From Bacteroidota bacterium (GTDB lineage: Bacteria > Bacteroidota > Bacteroidia > Chitinophagales > Chitinophagaceae): 64,000 bases of DNA. Shown here piece after piece: positions 41,715 to 50,873 of the stretch (positions within the stretch are counted from its first letter, which is position 1; each line of letters begins with the position of its first letter). The notes below the pieces were generated by a model that saw only the letters and a list, made by a program, of their open reading frames with translations, ran no database searches and was not told where the DNA came from. The translations under genes were made by a program, and so were the position numbers. Where the stretch lies: NCBI GenBank assembly GCA_947454025.1, contig CANGIZ010000003.1:301-64300 (forward strand), read 5' to 3'.

Positions 41715-43430
41715 TTATTTTTTTAGAAAATAATTTACAATCATATAAGTAACTGCAGCCAATATGCCACTTACTGGAATGGTTAATACCCAAGCCCATA
41801 ATAAGTTGGTAGTTACACCCCATCTTACCGCACTTAAACGCTTGGTGGCCCCAACACCAATAATTGAACCAGTAATGGTATGTGTAGTGGAAACTGGAAT
41901 TCCCATTTGTCCTGTGAAGAATAAAGTAAATGCGCCTGCTGTTTCGGCGGCCACCCCTTCCAATGGAGTCACTTTGGTAATTTTAGAACCCATTGTTTTT
42001 ACAATCTTCCAACCACCACTCATGGTACCCAAGCCAATAGATAAATAACAGGCCACTGGGACCCATCCTGGTAGTTGACTAAAATCTTGAATTGCTCCGT
42101 TGGCAATTAAGGCGGCACCAATAATTCCCATCACTTTTTGTGCATCATTCCCACCATGTCCAATACTAAATGCAGCCGAACTAAATAGCTGTAATTTTTT
42201 AAACATATTGGCTACCGTATAAGCTGTTGGCGTTTTAATTTTTTCAACATATAAATAAATCATCATAAAAATGATAGAGGCACCAATGATACCATATACA
42301 ATAATTGAATTGTCTGCCTTGTCAATTTCACCTGCAAATGATTTTTCAATATTGAATTTTTCCATTTTTGATTTCACCTTGTCTACATTCTTTGATTGAA
42401 TTGTATATATAGCATTCATCGCAACAATGGCAGAATCTGCAGTAATAGTTTTCGCTAAATACAATTTTAAAGGTACTTTATAGCCTTCTGTTTTGTCTTT
42501 TGCAATATCGTATTCTGCCTTGGCTACTTTATTTTCTGTAGACTTAGCTTCGAATACTAAAAAATCATTCGAGTTGCGAACCACGTCTTTTAGTTTGCTT
42601 GCTGCAACCCCCTTTAACCAGCCACTGTCATTGGCTACTTTTGCAATTTTATCGGCACTTAAATTATCAAAGTCGCTTAAGTAAGGCTCCAAATGAGTAT
42701 AGTTTTCATTTGCCTTAGCTAATTTTTCTTCATTTAATGCAAGTTTTGAAATCAAAATCGTATCAGTTGATTTTACTTTCAATTCTTCCTTAATATTTTT
42801 TATTTCCTTTTCATATTTATCTACCCCATAAAACTTTTGAACGTTTTCTTTTATTTTACTGTCTTCAAAACGGTCAAACATTAATACAGTGCCAAGTGTG
42901 GCCAGTGATATAATAGCAAGTCGCCACCAAATATTCCGCATAATCGTCACGAGCGTAATGAATATCGAAATGACAATGCCAATAATGGGTGCCAAGAAAA
43001 TAAACAATATGGTTTTAATAATTGTATCTGCATCTACAATTTTAGCCCAAGAGTAGTCAATACCTTTAATCATAAGTGCGTGCGCAATTGCAGCACCCGC
43101 AAAACCACCAATTAAAGTATGAGATGAGGAAGAAGGAATACCATACCACCAGGTTAAAAGGTTCCAAAAAATGGCCGCTAATAAACCTGAAAAAATAACT
43201 GGCAAAGTGATAAAGTCCTTGTATACTGTTTTGCTAATGGAGTTGGCCACCGCATGGTCTTTGAAGATCCAAAAAGCAACCGAGTTAAACAAAGCAGCCC
43301 ATAATACCGCCTGAAGTGGCGTAAGCACTTTTGTGGATACCACAGTTGCTATTGAGTTGGCAGCATCATGGAAACCATTGATATAGTCAAATATAAGCGC
43401 AAGCGCTATGATGATAATTAATAAGGTCAT
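41715..43430 (-). CDS. Inorganic phosphate transporter, PiT family, with large hydrophilic insertion
   Basis: GFHDAANSIAT and HGGNDAQK signatures, PSSSSH, PVSTTH. Confidence 0.93.
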   Translation of the reverse strand: MTLLIIIIALALIFDYINGFHDAANSIATVVSTKVLTPLQAVLWAALFNSVAFWIFKDHAVANSISKTVYKDFITLPVIFSGLLAAIFWNLLTWWYGIPSSSSHTLIGGFAGAAIAHALMIKGIDYSWAKIVDADTIIKTILFIFLAPIIGIVISIFITLVTIMRNIWWRLAIISLATLGTVLMFDRFEDSKIKENVQKFYGVDKYEKEIKNIKEELKVKSTDTILISKLALNEEKLAKANENYTHLEPYLSDFDNLSADKIAKVANDSGWLKGVAASKLKDVVRNSNDFLVFEAKSTENKVAKAEYDIAKDKTEGYKVPLKLYLAKTITADSAIVAMNAIYTIQSKNVDKVKSKMEKFNIEKSFAGEIDKADNSIIVYGIIGASIIFMMIYLYVEKIKTPTAYTVANMFKKLQLFSSAAFSIGHGGNDAQKVMGIIGAALIANGAIQDFSQLPGWVPVACYLSIGLGTMSGGWKIVKTMGSKITKVTPLEGVAAETAGAFTLFFTGQMGIPVSTTHTITGSIIGVGATKRLSAVRWGVTTNLLWAWVLTIPVSGILAAVTYMIVNYFLKK

Positions 43431-43441
43431 CTTGAATTAAA

Positions 43442-44089
43442 TTAAGCGTACTTGATAATGATAGATTCGATTACATTTGAAACGTCTTCGATTTTATCAG
43501 TTGCAATTTCTAACACCTGATAAATTTCTCTTTTCTTAATTACTTCTTTGAAGTCGTTTTCTTGTTCGAATAATTTTTCAATACTCATATCAAATACATC
43601 ATCTGCTTGATTTTCGATGCTATTCACCTTAATCATTGCTTCGGTCATTTCCTTAATGTTCTTCATATTGCGTAAGCCCATTACAGCCTTTTTAGTTTCA
43701 GCAGTACCTTGCAAAATCAATTCTGCTAATTTGTGAATACCTGTATCGTTAGGATTTACTTTGTAGAAATTAATTTTTTTAGCAGACGCATAAATATAAT
43801 CAGCGATATCGTCTAATGAAGTAGCTAAGTAGTGAATATCCTCTCTGTCAAATGGAGTGATGAAGTTTCTACCTAATTCAGTAAAGATATTATGTGTTAA
43901 ATCGTCGTTTTTATGTTCAAGGTTTTCAATTTGTGCCAAAATATTAGCCCTAATATCAGCATCTGGTTCGTTTACCATTTCTTTTAATTTGCCACCCATT
44001 TGTTGAACATGCTCTGCAACTTCTTCAAATAGTTGAAAAAATACTCTGTCTTTCGGTAAGAAAATCTTCATGATTGAATTGAAGTCCAT
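43442..44089 (-). CDS. DUF47 family (PhoU-like) PiT accessory protein
   Basis: LEHKNDD, FITPFDREDI, ENQADD, ATDKIEDV; adjacent to PiT. Confidence 0.92.
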   Translation of the reverse strand: MDFNSIMKIFLPKDRVFFQLFEEVAEHVQQMGGKLKEMVNEPDADIRANILAQIENLEHKNDDLTHNIFTELGRNFITPFDREDIHYLATSLDDIADYIYASAKKINFYKVNPNDTGIHKLAELILQGTAETKKAVMGLRNMKNIKEMTEAMIKVNSIENQADDVFDMSIEKLFEQENDFKEVIKKREIYQVLEIATDKIEDVSNVIESIIIKYA

Positions 44090-44160
44090 AAATAGGTTTT
44101 TAATTATTAATATAGGTTGTAAAATTGCTGTTTTACCCTCTAAATATATAGGTTCTTAGA

Positions 44161-44180
44161 TTACCAAATTGTTAACAAAT
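44161..44180 (-). promoter_or_regulatory. Pho-box-like tandem repeat (11-bp period)
   Basis: TTACCAAAT (44161) and TTAACAAAT (44172) on + strand, upstream of the minus-strand phosphate operon. Confidence 0.45.
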
Positions 44181-44221
44181 ACATATGATTTTGGTCCTTA
44201 AATAGGTACAATAAAGGGCAC

Positions 44222-44316
44222 AAAAAAGGGAAGCAGTTACCTACTTCCCTTTAAATAATCCATAGCTTTCCCCCAAAAGCTATGGCAATCTCATAATTTT
44301 ATCCGTAGCAATTATG
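44222..44316 (-). ncRNA. Putative structured small RNA or attenuator leader
   Basis: Three consecutive hairpins, the last a GNRA-capped terminator with U-tract on the minus strand; no credible minus-strand CDS feeding it. Confidence 0.45.
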
Positions 44317-44419
44317 TTAATGCGTTACCAAATGAGTGGCGTAATAGGTTATTTCTTATCTTTAATTAGATTTTATTATAATATAGTAAGTTACTTACCT
44401 ATTAAAACAGTGTAAATCA

Positions 44420-45823
44420 ATGAATTGTAAAAATAGACAAATTTCTAAAATTTTGCTGGTAATGGTCTTATTCATTACCAATTTTGCGATTGCACAAGGT
44501 CCAGATAGCATATATAAGGTGCCTAATAACCCCCTAATTGCACAATTAATTAGGTTGCCTGAGCTCAATGCAAGCATTATTTTGTCACAGGAAACGAAAA
44601 TTATTCCTTTACAATTAACCATCTTAGCAACTAATGCCCAACAAATTTTAAAACAGGGTGCTGATTTTTATGTCCTTATCAATCAAACCGGGTTTGTTTA
44701 TAAGCTAAACAGCTATGATTCAGCAACTTGTGTGTTTAAGAGAATTGATCATACTGTTAATTTGAACTATAATATCGATGCCAAGAACTTTATTTACCAA
44801 AATCAGCTCTATAGTTATGGAGGCTATGGCTTTTGGAAAACCAATGGGCATTTAAGAAAGTTCAATTTTGAGGACAGCGAATGGGATATCATTCCCTTGA
44901 ATGATGAAATTATGTTGTCGAGCTATGTATGGTATTCCGAACCGGAAGGGAGGGTATATGTACCTTTTCAACAAATTGTGAATGCGGGTATTAAAGGGTC
45001 AGAAAATATAAAAGGGGTAAGATTGTTTGATAGTTATTACCTTGACTTGAATCAAAAAAAATGGGTGAAGGTCGGGCAGTTGGAGAATGATGTTCAAAAA
45101 TTAGTTCAAGACAATGTTAATGTTGGATTTCTAAATTTAAATGAGGGCCTATTGCATCTTATACATGACGAAGCATATTTATTTGATTTTGTTCACAACA
45201 AAGTATTTAAATCAAAGAATGCGGATTTAAACCAGTTTTTAATTCGACGTAGTGAGTTTACAAACATGTTTGTATATGATAATTTTATTTATAGCTATAG
45301 TGTAGGTTCCAAAACTTTTAATAAGTATCCATTTAAACTTAGCGATTTAGAATTACTGCGTACTAGTATTTGGGGGAACGAGCATCAATTGTATTATTCA
45401 ATATTAATTATCATTATTTGTGTAATCGTTGCTTTAACTATCATATGGCTATTTAACCGAAGCGTAAAACGTAAGCTAGAAGTGGCTCAGCTAACAATTT
45501 TAAAAACAAAAAGCATTAACCAGGCGTTTACAAGTATTGAAGTAGCATTAATTGAAATATTACTAAAAGCAACTTTAAAAAATGAAACCGTAGAAATTTT
45601 TCAAATAAATCATGTGTTGGGTATTAAAGACAAAAACCTCGGTCTTCAAAAAAAGGTAAGAAGCGATGTGATTAATGCGATAAATGACAAGTATGAATTT
45701 ATAACACAATCAAAAGAAGTACTCATTGGAAGTAGAAGAAAAGAAGATGATAAAAGGTTTTTTGAATATTTTATTACTGCAACCGAAGTGAAATCCATTC
45801 AAAGAATATTAGAAAACAACTAG
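44420..45823 (+). CDS. Membrane-anchored protein: Kelch-like extracytoplasmic domain, TM helix, putative cytoplasmic DNA-binding domain
   Basis: Signal-like N-terminus, LYSYGGYGFW Kelch-type motif, TM LYYSILIIIICVIVALTIIWLF, basic helical C-terminus. Confidence 0.55.
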   Translation: MNCKNRQISKILLVMVLFITNFAIAQGPDSIYKVPNNPLIAQLIRLPELNASIILSQETKIIPLQLTILATNAQQILKQGADFYVLINQTGFVYKLNSYDSATCVFKRIDHTVNLNYNIDAKNFIYQNQLYSYGGYGFWKTNGHLRKFNFEDSEWDIIPLNDEIMLSSYVWYSEPEGRVYVPFQQIVNAGIKGSENIKGVRLFDSYYLDLNQKKWVKVGQLENDVQKLVQDNVNVGFLNLNEGLLHLIHDEAYLFDFVHNKVFKSKNADLNQFLIRRSEFTNMFVYDNFIYSYSVGSKTFNKYPFKLSDLELLRTSIWGNEHQLYYSILIIIICVIVALTIIWLFNRSVKRKLEVAQLTILKTKSINQAFTSIEVALIEILLKATLKNETVEIFQINHVLGIKDKNLGLQKKVRSDVINAINDKYEFITQSKEVLIGSRRKEDDKRFFEYFITATEVKSIQRILENN

Positions 45824-45927
45824 TTATATCTCAATTGTCATAATTGTGTCAAATTATGAGGTATTTAGCTTAAATAATTGTTCTCGTATAAGGTAAGCAA
45901 TAAGAATCGAACCACCTTTGCGGTGGA

Positions 45928-48012
45928 ATGAAAAAAGTAATTGCCTATTTATTGATATTGACACCTATCTCATTGTTTTCACAATTGAGAATGGTAAAGG
46001 ATACCCTCGAAATGCAGGGGGATAGCGTAGTTGTAACGGCCAATAGGTCCGAAAGAAAGCTAAGCAATGTAACCGTTCCGGTGCAAATTGTAAATGCTAA
46101 ACAAATTCAACAAACCGGTTCACTTCGATTAACAGATATTTTAAAAGAACAACCAGGACTTACTATTACAAGTGGTTTTGGGGCAGGTGTACAATTACAA
46201 GGATTAAATCCCGATTATACAATTATCCTAATAAATGGTGAACCATTAGTTGGAAGAACAGCCGGCGTATTGGACTTAAATAGAATTGCACTTGGTAATA
46301 TTAAAAAAATTGAAATTGTAAAAGGGCCTTCTTCCAGCTTATATGGTAGCGAGGCGATGGCAGGTGTTATTAATATTATTACTGATGCAACCAATGCCAT
46401 TCCTTTGCAAGCGTCATTAAGATATGGTACTTACCAAACGATGGACGCTGGCATTAACAATGCAATTGCAACTAAGTCTATTTTTTATCAAGGATTTTAT
46501 AATTATTATAGTACAGACGGCTACAGTATAAGACCTAATAGCAGTAGCAGGGTGACAACACCGATTCAACGATTTACAGTGAATCAGCAAATTAAATTAA
46601 ATCTAACAGATAATACTAATTTGGCTTTTGGTGTAAGAGCAACCGACGAACAAATTAAAAACGATATTTCAGTAAGTAATGGCGGAACAACAATTACTTC
46701 CAATGGACAGGAACACAATACCGATCAAAATTATAATGCTTCTTTAAATCATCGGTTTTCGAACAAGCTTAAAACTAGTTTTAGAGGATATTTTACAGAA
46801 TATAATTCGAAGCAAGATTTAGTAACTGTTTCAGGTGCTCCCTATTATGATTTATTGAATCATAATTTTCAAAGATTCGAAAATCAAACCGACTGGAATG
46901 TAAACAAACGAATCAATTTACTATTTGGTGCAGGAACTGTTTTAGAAGGTGTGAAAAGCACCAGGTATGATAGTGAAAAAGTGAGAAAGACAAATTCGAT
47001 TCAATATGGTTTTTCTCAAATGGAATGGTCTCCAATGACAAAATTAATTTTAATAGCTGGAATAAGATTTGATAAAAACGAAGCCTATGCATCGGCATTC
47101 AGTCCAAAAATTTCTACACTTTATAAAATCAATGCAAAACAAAAAATAAAATTTAGTATCGGGCAAGGATTCAAAGCGCCTGATTTTAGACAAATTTATT
47201 TAGACTTCACCAATGCTGCAGCTGGTGGGTATAGTGTATTTGGTACCGCTCAAGCACAACAAGTAATTGGTCAACTTTCAAGCTTGGGACAAATTGGCGC
47301 TTTGTATGATAACTATTATCAATTAAAAGCATTGAAGCCAGAATACTCAACAGGGATGCACTTTTCATGGGATTACGAACCAACTGATAAATCTTTTTTG
47401 AGTGTTCAATTATTTCGAAATGACATTAGTAATTTGATTCAAGTACAACAAGTGGGGGCATATATAACAGGTGCGCAAATATTTAGTTATTTAAATATTG
47501 GACGTGCATTTACTCAAGGTATTGAATTAGAGATGAAACAAAAAATAGCTAATCACCTTATGTTGAGCGGAGGATATCAATATTTAGAAACGGGAGATAA
47601 GGATCAGATTGCACAAATTAAAGCAGGAAAAGTATATACAAGAGACGCAAATGGTTATAGTCGTTTACTAACATTAAGCGATTATGTAGGTCTACCTAAT
47701 AACAGTAAGCATAAAGCGCAACTTAAGGTAAACTATTACAATACAAACGGCGTCTTTGCCAATTTTAGAATTTTATATCGAGGCAAATGGGCTGTTAACA
47801 ATACCAATGGTAACGAGGTATTCGATAATGGAGACGAATTTGCAAAAGGGTATATTTCATTGCATACATCAGTTGGTAAAGATTATTCCAATGGGGTTTC
47901 ATTTCAATTGGGATGTGATAATATCACGAACTATATCGATCCAAGTAATTTACCCAACCTGCCAGGTAGAACATTTTTCGTAAACATCAAGTATCAATTA
48001 TTAAAAAAATAA
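45928..48012 (+). CDS. TonB-dependent receptor, probable heme/iron (HmuR-like)
   Basis: VVVTANR, IEIVKGPSSSLYGSEAMAGVINIIT, FKAP, LKPE, PGRTFF; adjacent to HmuY-family gene. Confidence 0.9.
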   Translation: MKKVIAYLLILTPISLFSQLRMVKDTLEMQGDSVVVTANRSERKLSNVTVPVQIVNAKQIQQTGSLRLTDILKEQPGLTITSGFGAGVQLQGLNPDYTIILINGEPLVGRTAGVLDLNRIALGNIKKIEIVKGPSSSLYGSEAMAGVINIITDATNAIPLQASLRYGTYQTMDAGINNAIATKSIFYQGFYNYYSTDGYSIRPNSSSRVTTPIQRFTVNQQIKLNLTDNTNLAFGVRATDEQIKNDISVSNGGTTITSNGQEHNTDQNYNASLNHRFSNKLKTSFRGYFTEYNSKQDLVTVSGAPYYDLLNHNFQRFENQTDWNVNKRINLLFGAGTVLEGVKSTRYDSEKVRKTNSIQYGFSQMEWSPMTKLILIAGIRFDKNEAYASAFSPKISTLYKINAKQKIKFSIGQGFKAPDFRQIYLDFTNAAAGGYSVFGTAQAQQVIGQLSSLGQIGALYDNYYQLKALKPEYSTGMHFSWDYEPTDKSFLSVQLFRNDISNLIQVQQVGAYITGAQIFSYLNIGRAFTQGIELEMKQKIANHLMLSGGYQYLETGDKDQIAQIKAGKVYTRDANGYSRLLTLSDYVGLPNNSKHKAQLKVNYYNTNGVFANFRILYRGKWAVNNTNGNEVFDNGDEFAKGYISLHTSVGKDYSNGVSFQLGCDNITNYIDPSNLPNLPGRTFFVNIKYQLLKK

Positions 48013-48016
48013 CACT

Positions 48017-48661
48017 ATGAAAAGAGGAGTAAAATCAATTGCAGCGGTTCTTATTTTATCAACAAGTATTGTAGCTTGTTCAAAGTCATCTACAACAACC
48101 GTATTGCCAATTACAGCAGTTACAGTAAAAGATATTCCAGCAGATACAGTAACTGGATTAAGTGCACAAGGTATGCCTATTACCAACGGCAAGTACACTT
48201 TTTATAGTTTAGAAAAGAATGCATTGGTTGCAAATACCGACAGTGCAAGTACTAAATGGGATATTGCATTTATGTCAACAAGAATTTTAACGAATGGTGG
48301 CACTAGTGGTGTTGGACAAGGCGGAGCATTTGTATATACTGGATTATTTGACGACTTAAAAACCATTCCAACAGATTCAGTTTTTAAAACAGACAATGCG
48401 CCAACATCTTATGCAATTACTACAGGTAGCGGAAATGGTTGGTACACTTACGATCAATTAACAAGTTTAATTACTCCATTGGCAGGAAGAGTATTGGTCA
48501 TTAAAACAGCATCGGGTAAATATGCTAAAATGGAAATTACCTGTTATTACAAAGGTGGAGTTACTTTACCAGCTTCTGCAACCGATATGGAAAAATTAAC
48601 AAAACAACGTTATTATACATTCCGTTTTGCTTATCAACCTAACGGAACAAAAACTTTCTAA
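48017..48661 (+). CDS. hmuY: HmuY family heme-binding lipoprotein
   Basis: Lipobox IVAC; WDIAF, TNGGTSG, GWYTY, VIKTASGKYAKMEI..YY, TFRF. Confidence 0.85.
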   Translation: MKRGVKSIAAVLILSTSIVACSKSSTTTVLPITAVTVKDIPADTVTGLSAQGMPITNGKYTFYSLEKNALVANTDSASTKWDIAFMSTRILTNGGTSGVGQGGAFVYTGLFDDLKTIPTDSVFKTDNAPTSYAITTGSGNGWYTYDQLTSLITPLAGRVLVIKTASGKYAKMEITCYYKGGVTLPASATDMEKLTKQRYYTFRFAYQPNGTKTF

Positions 48662-48687
48662 GCTATTATTTATAAGTGTAATTCGAC

Positions 48688-48717
48688 AAAAAAGGGACCC
48701 CAATAAGGTCCCTTTTT
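48688..48717. terminator. Bidirectional terminator
   Basis: AAAAAAGGGACC-ccaataa-GGTCCCTTTTT. Confidence 0.85.
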
Positions 48718-48742
48718 ATTATCCATATATTTGAATCTTAAA

Positions 48743-50215
48743 TTATCGCTCTAATTTAAAATTTGCATCCGTAGCTGGACGTGCTGGAGCATTCGCAACC
48801 TTATAACCAGTGCGATACATCCAGTCGGCCATCTTTTTTAATTTAGGATAATTAATATTTTCGGCATTATCCATAGGCGTATGGTAGTCATCATGCAACA
48901 ATGAGGTATACATGATAGATGGAATACCTAAACGTGCATAAGGTAAATGGTCGCTTCTAAAATACCAACCTTCCACATGTGTAGTTTTATCGTAACTGGT
49001 ATCTAATTTAAATTTAGGCCCTTCGTTATTAGCATCCAATACCATCTTAACAAGGTCCATTGAATTACGATGTGGAAACTGTGTACCTAATACAGCAGCA
49101 CTGTCAATATTGTTTCTACCAATCATATCGCCATTTAAAACAGCTACAATGTTTTTAATCGACACTGTAGGATGTGATGAATAATATCTTGAACCCAATA
49201 AACCTCTCTCTTCGGCACCTTGAATTACAAATAAAATAGATCTTTTTGCAGGGTATTTAACAAAAGCACGTGCATTGGCAAGCATTGCAACATCCACACT
49301 TCCGTTGTCATCGGCACCATAATAAGTAGAGTCATTATTGATTGAATTTCTGATACCATGTGCATCTTGATGCCCACTGTATAATAAGTATTCCCCTTTT
49401 ATTGTAGGATCTGTACCCATAATTTTACCTACAATATTTACAGAAGGGTAAGGGTATTTTTCAACAATTAAATTCGCTTCAACACTTGCATTGTTGGTAT
49501 TCAAATCTGCTTTCGCATTTTGGTGTAACCACAATACAGGCACCGTTGTATTTACTTGTGCATTAGGCCCACTTTCAATATCGTAAGTGCCCCTTTTGAA
49601 GTTTTCATTGGCATCTTCCCAAGCTTTTTCTGCAACACCATCCGCAATTATAAATACGGCTGTTGCTCCTTTTCTAATTAAAGGCATCGCGTATTTTGCT
49701 AAAATACTGCGACTATATCTCCATGTAGGCAGGGATACATTTAAATTAATACCTTTTGAATCTGCTTCAAAAGCAACTACTTTGTTTTTTACATCAATAT
49801 TGTTGGTGTCAATGGTTGTTGCATTGCCTAAATAAACAACAGTTCCATTAAAGTGGGTGTTGGCCATTTGAGCAACCGTAACATCCTTCCATAAATTTAA
49901 ATTTTTACCTTGAATACGAATACTTGAATTGTCGGCGATTCGATTGCGCCACATGGTAAAAAATTGCAAGTAAGTGCCATCATCACCGGCAGGTAGTAAA
50001 CCAATGGCGCGGTATTGTTCAGCCAACCACATGGATGACTTTAATTCATCTAAAGTACCTGCTGAACGGCCTTTAAAATGCGCATCGGCAAAAGTGTATA
50101 AATCTTTTTTAAGATCCGATTCTTTAATAAGTGCTAAGCCGGGAAGATTTGCTTTTTGAGCAGATGACCCCAAAACAGTGAATAGCACCACTGCAAGTAG
50201 CATTGTTTTTTTCAT
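48743..50215 (-). CDS. M28 family peptidase with PA-like insert
   Basis: SGHQDAHG, GADDNGS, GAEERGLLGS, NGDMIGR, RSDH, YHTP. Confidence 0.92.
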   Translation of the reverse strand: MKKTMLLAVVLFTVLGSSAQKANLPGLALIKESDLKKDLYTFADAHFKGRSAGTLDELKSSMWLAEQYRAIGLLPAGDDGTYLQFFTMWRNRIADNSSIRIQGKNLNLWKDVTVAQMANTHFNGTVVYLGNATTIDTNNIDVKNKVVAFEADSKGINLNVSLPTWRYSRSILAKYAMPLIRKGATAVFIIADGVAEKAWEDANENFKRGTYDIESGPNAQVNTTVPVLWLHQNAKADLNTNNASVEANLIVEKYPYPSVNIVGKIMGTDPTIKGEYLLYSGHQDAHGIRNSINNDSTYYGADDNGSVDVAMLANARAFVKYPAKRSILFVIQGAEERGLLGSRYYSSHPTVSIKNIVAVLNGDMIGRNNIDSAAVLGTQFPHRNSMDLVKMVLDANNEGPKFKLDTSYDKTTHVEGWYFRSDHLPYARLGIPSIMYTSLLHDDYHTPMDNAENINYPKLKKMADWMYRTGYKVANAPARPATDANFKLER

Positions 50216-50242
50216 ATTGTTAAATTGTATTTTATGCGGTAA

Positions 50243-50734
50243 TTATTTTTTTGATTTAAAACTCCAAGTAAAAACAAACTCTGCGACTGTTTCGTTTGCC
50301 TCATTTTTTCCAATGGAATGGCAGGTCAGGGTTTTGCCTTCGCCAGTTTGAATCGCTTCATTGATAGTATCTTGAATGGCTAGTCCATCATTACAAGTGA
50401 AAAAAATATTCCCTGTTGCTTTTTTGATATAGTTCACTTCCATTTTCACAACCAACATACTTACGTTGGGTTTGCGATGATAAATATGGCCAAATGCCAA
50501 TAACCCTGTGCTCATTTCAGCAGCCATGGCCTGTGCTGCAAAATACATAGAATGAAATGGATTTTTACTTCGCCAGGTATGCTTCACTTTTATGGTACAA
50601 GTATCCTGTTGAATGGATTTGAGTTTGAGTCCTACAAAAAATGCTGAAGGCAATTTTGTAGCCAAAAAGAATCCAAAGCGAATAGGTGATTGAATTTTAC
50701 TTACAAAAGCATTAAAACGATTTTCCATTTGCAT
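50243..50734 (-). CDS. DUF4442 / hotdog-fold thioesterase-like protein
   Basis: KLPSAFFVG, KNPFHSMYFAAQAMAAEMSTG, KKATG, FTWSFK. Confidence 0.8.
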   Translation of the reverse strand: MQMENRFNAFVSKIQSPIRFGFFLATKLPSAFFVGLKLKSIQQDTCTIKVKHTWRSKNPFHSMYFAAQAMAAEMSTGLLAFGHIYHRKPNVSMLVVKMEVNYIKKATGNIFFTCNDGLAIQDTINEAIQTGEGKTLTCHSIGKNEANETVAEFVFTWSFKSKK

Positions 50735-50771
50735 TTTTTACACCTTAAAAATAAGCATAAGTATTTAGAAC

Positions 50772-50805
50772 TGACATATATCATTAAAATCGGTGAGCTT
50801 AATCA
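50772..50805 (+). promoter_or_regulatory. Paired Crp/Fnr-type boxes (TGA-N6-TCA x2, 22 bp apart)
   Basis: TGACATATATCA (50772-50783) and TGAGCTTAATCA (50794-50805); same architecture recurs at 53674-53707. Confidence 0.65.
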
Positions 50806-50873
50806 TGTTGGGCTTGTTAAAATCATGCAAATTTTGCCTTTGGAATTTTAACACTCACTATAAATATAATTGT

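Noticed and set aside
50793-50873. Longer ORF-track starts for several genes (50793, 52171, 16575, 41648, 20618, 7079, 56790, 62659)
   Set aside because: The extensions overlap promoters or neighbouring genes; downstream ATGs give proper signal peptides or family N-termini.
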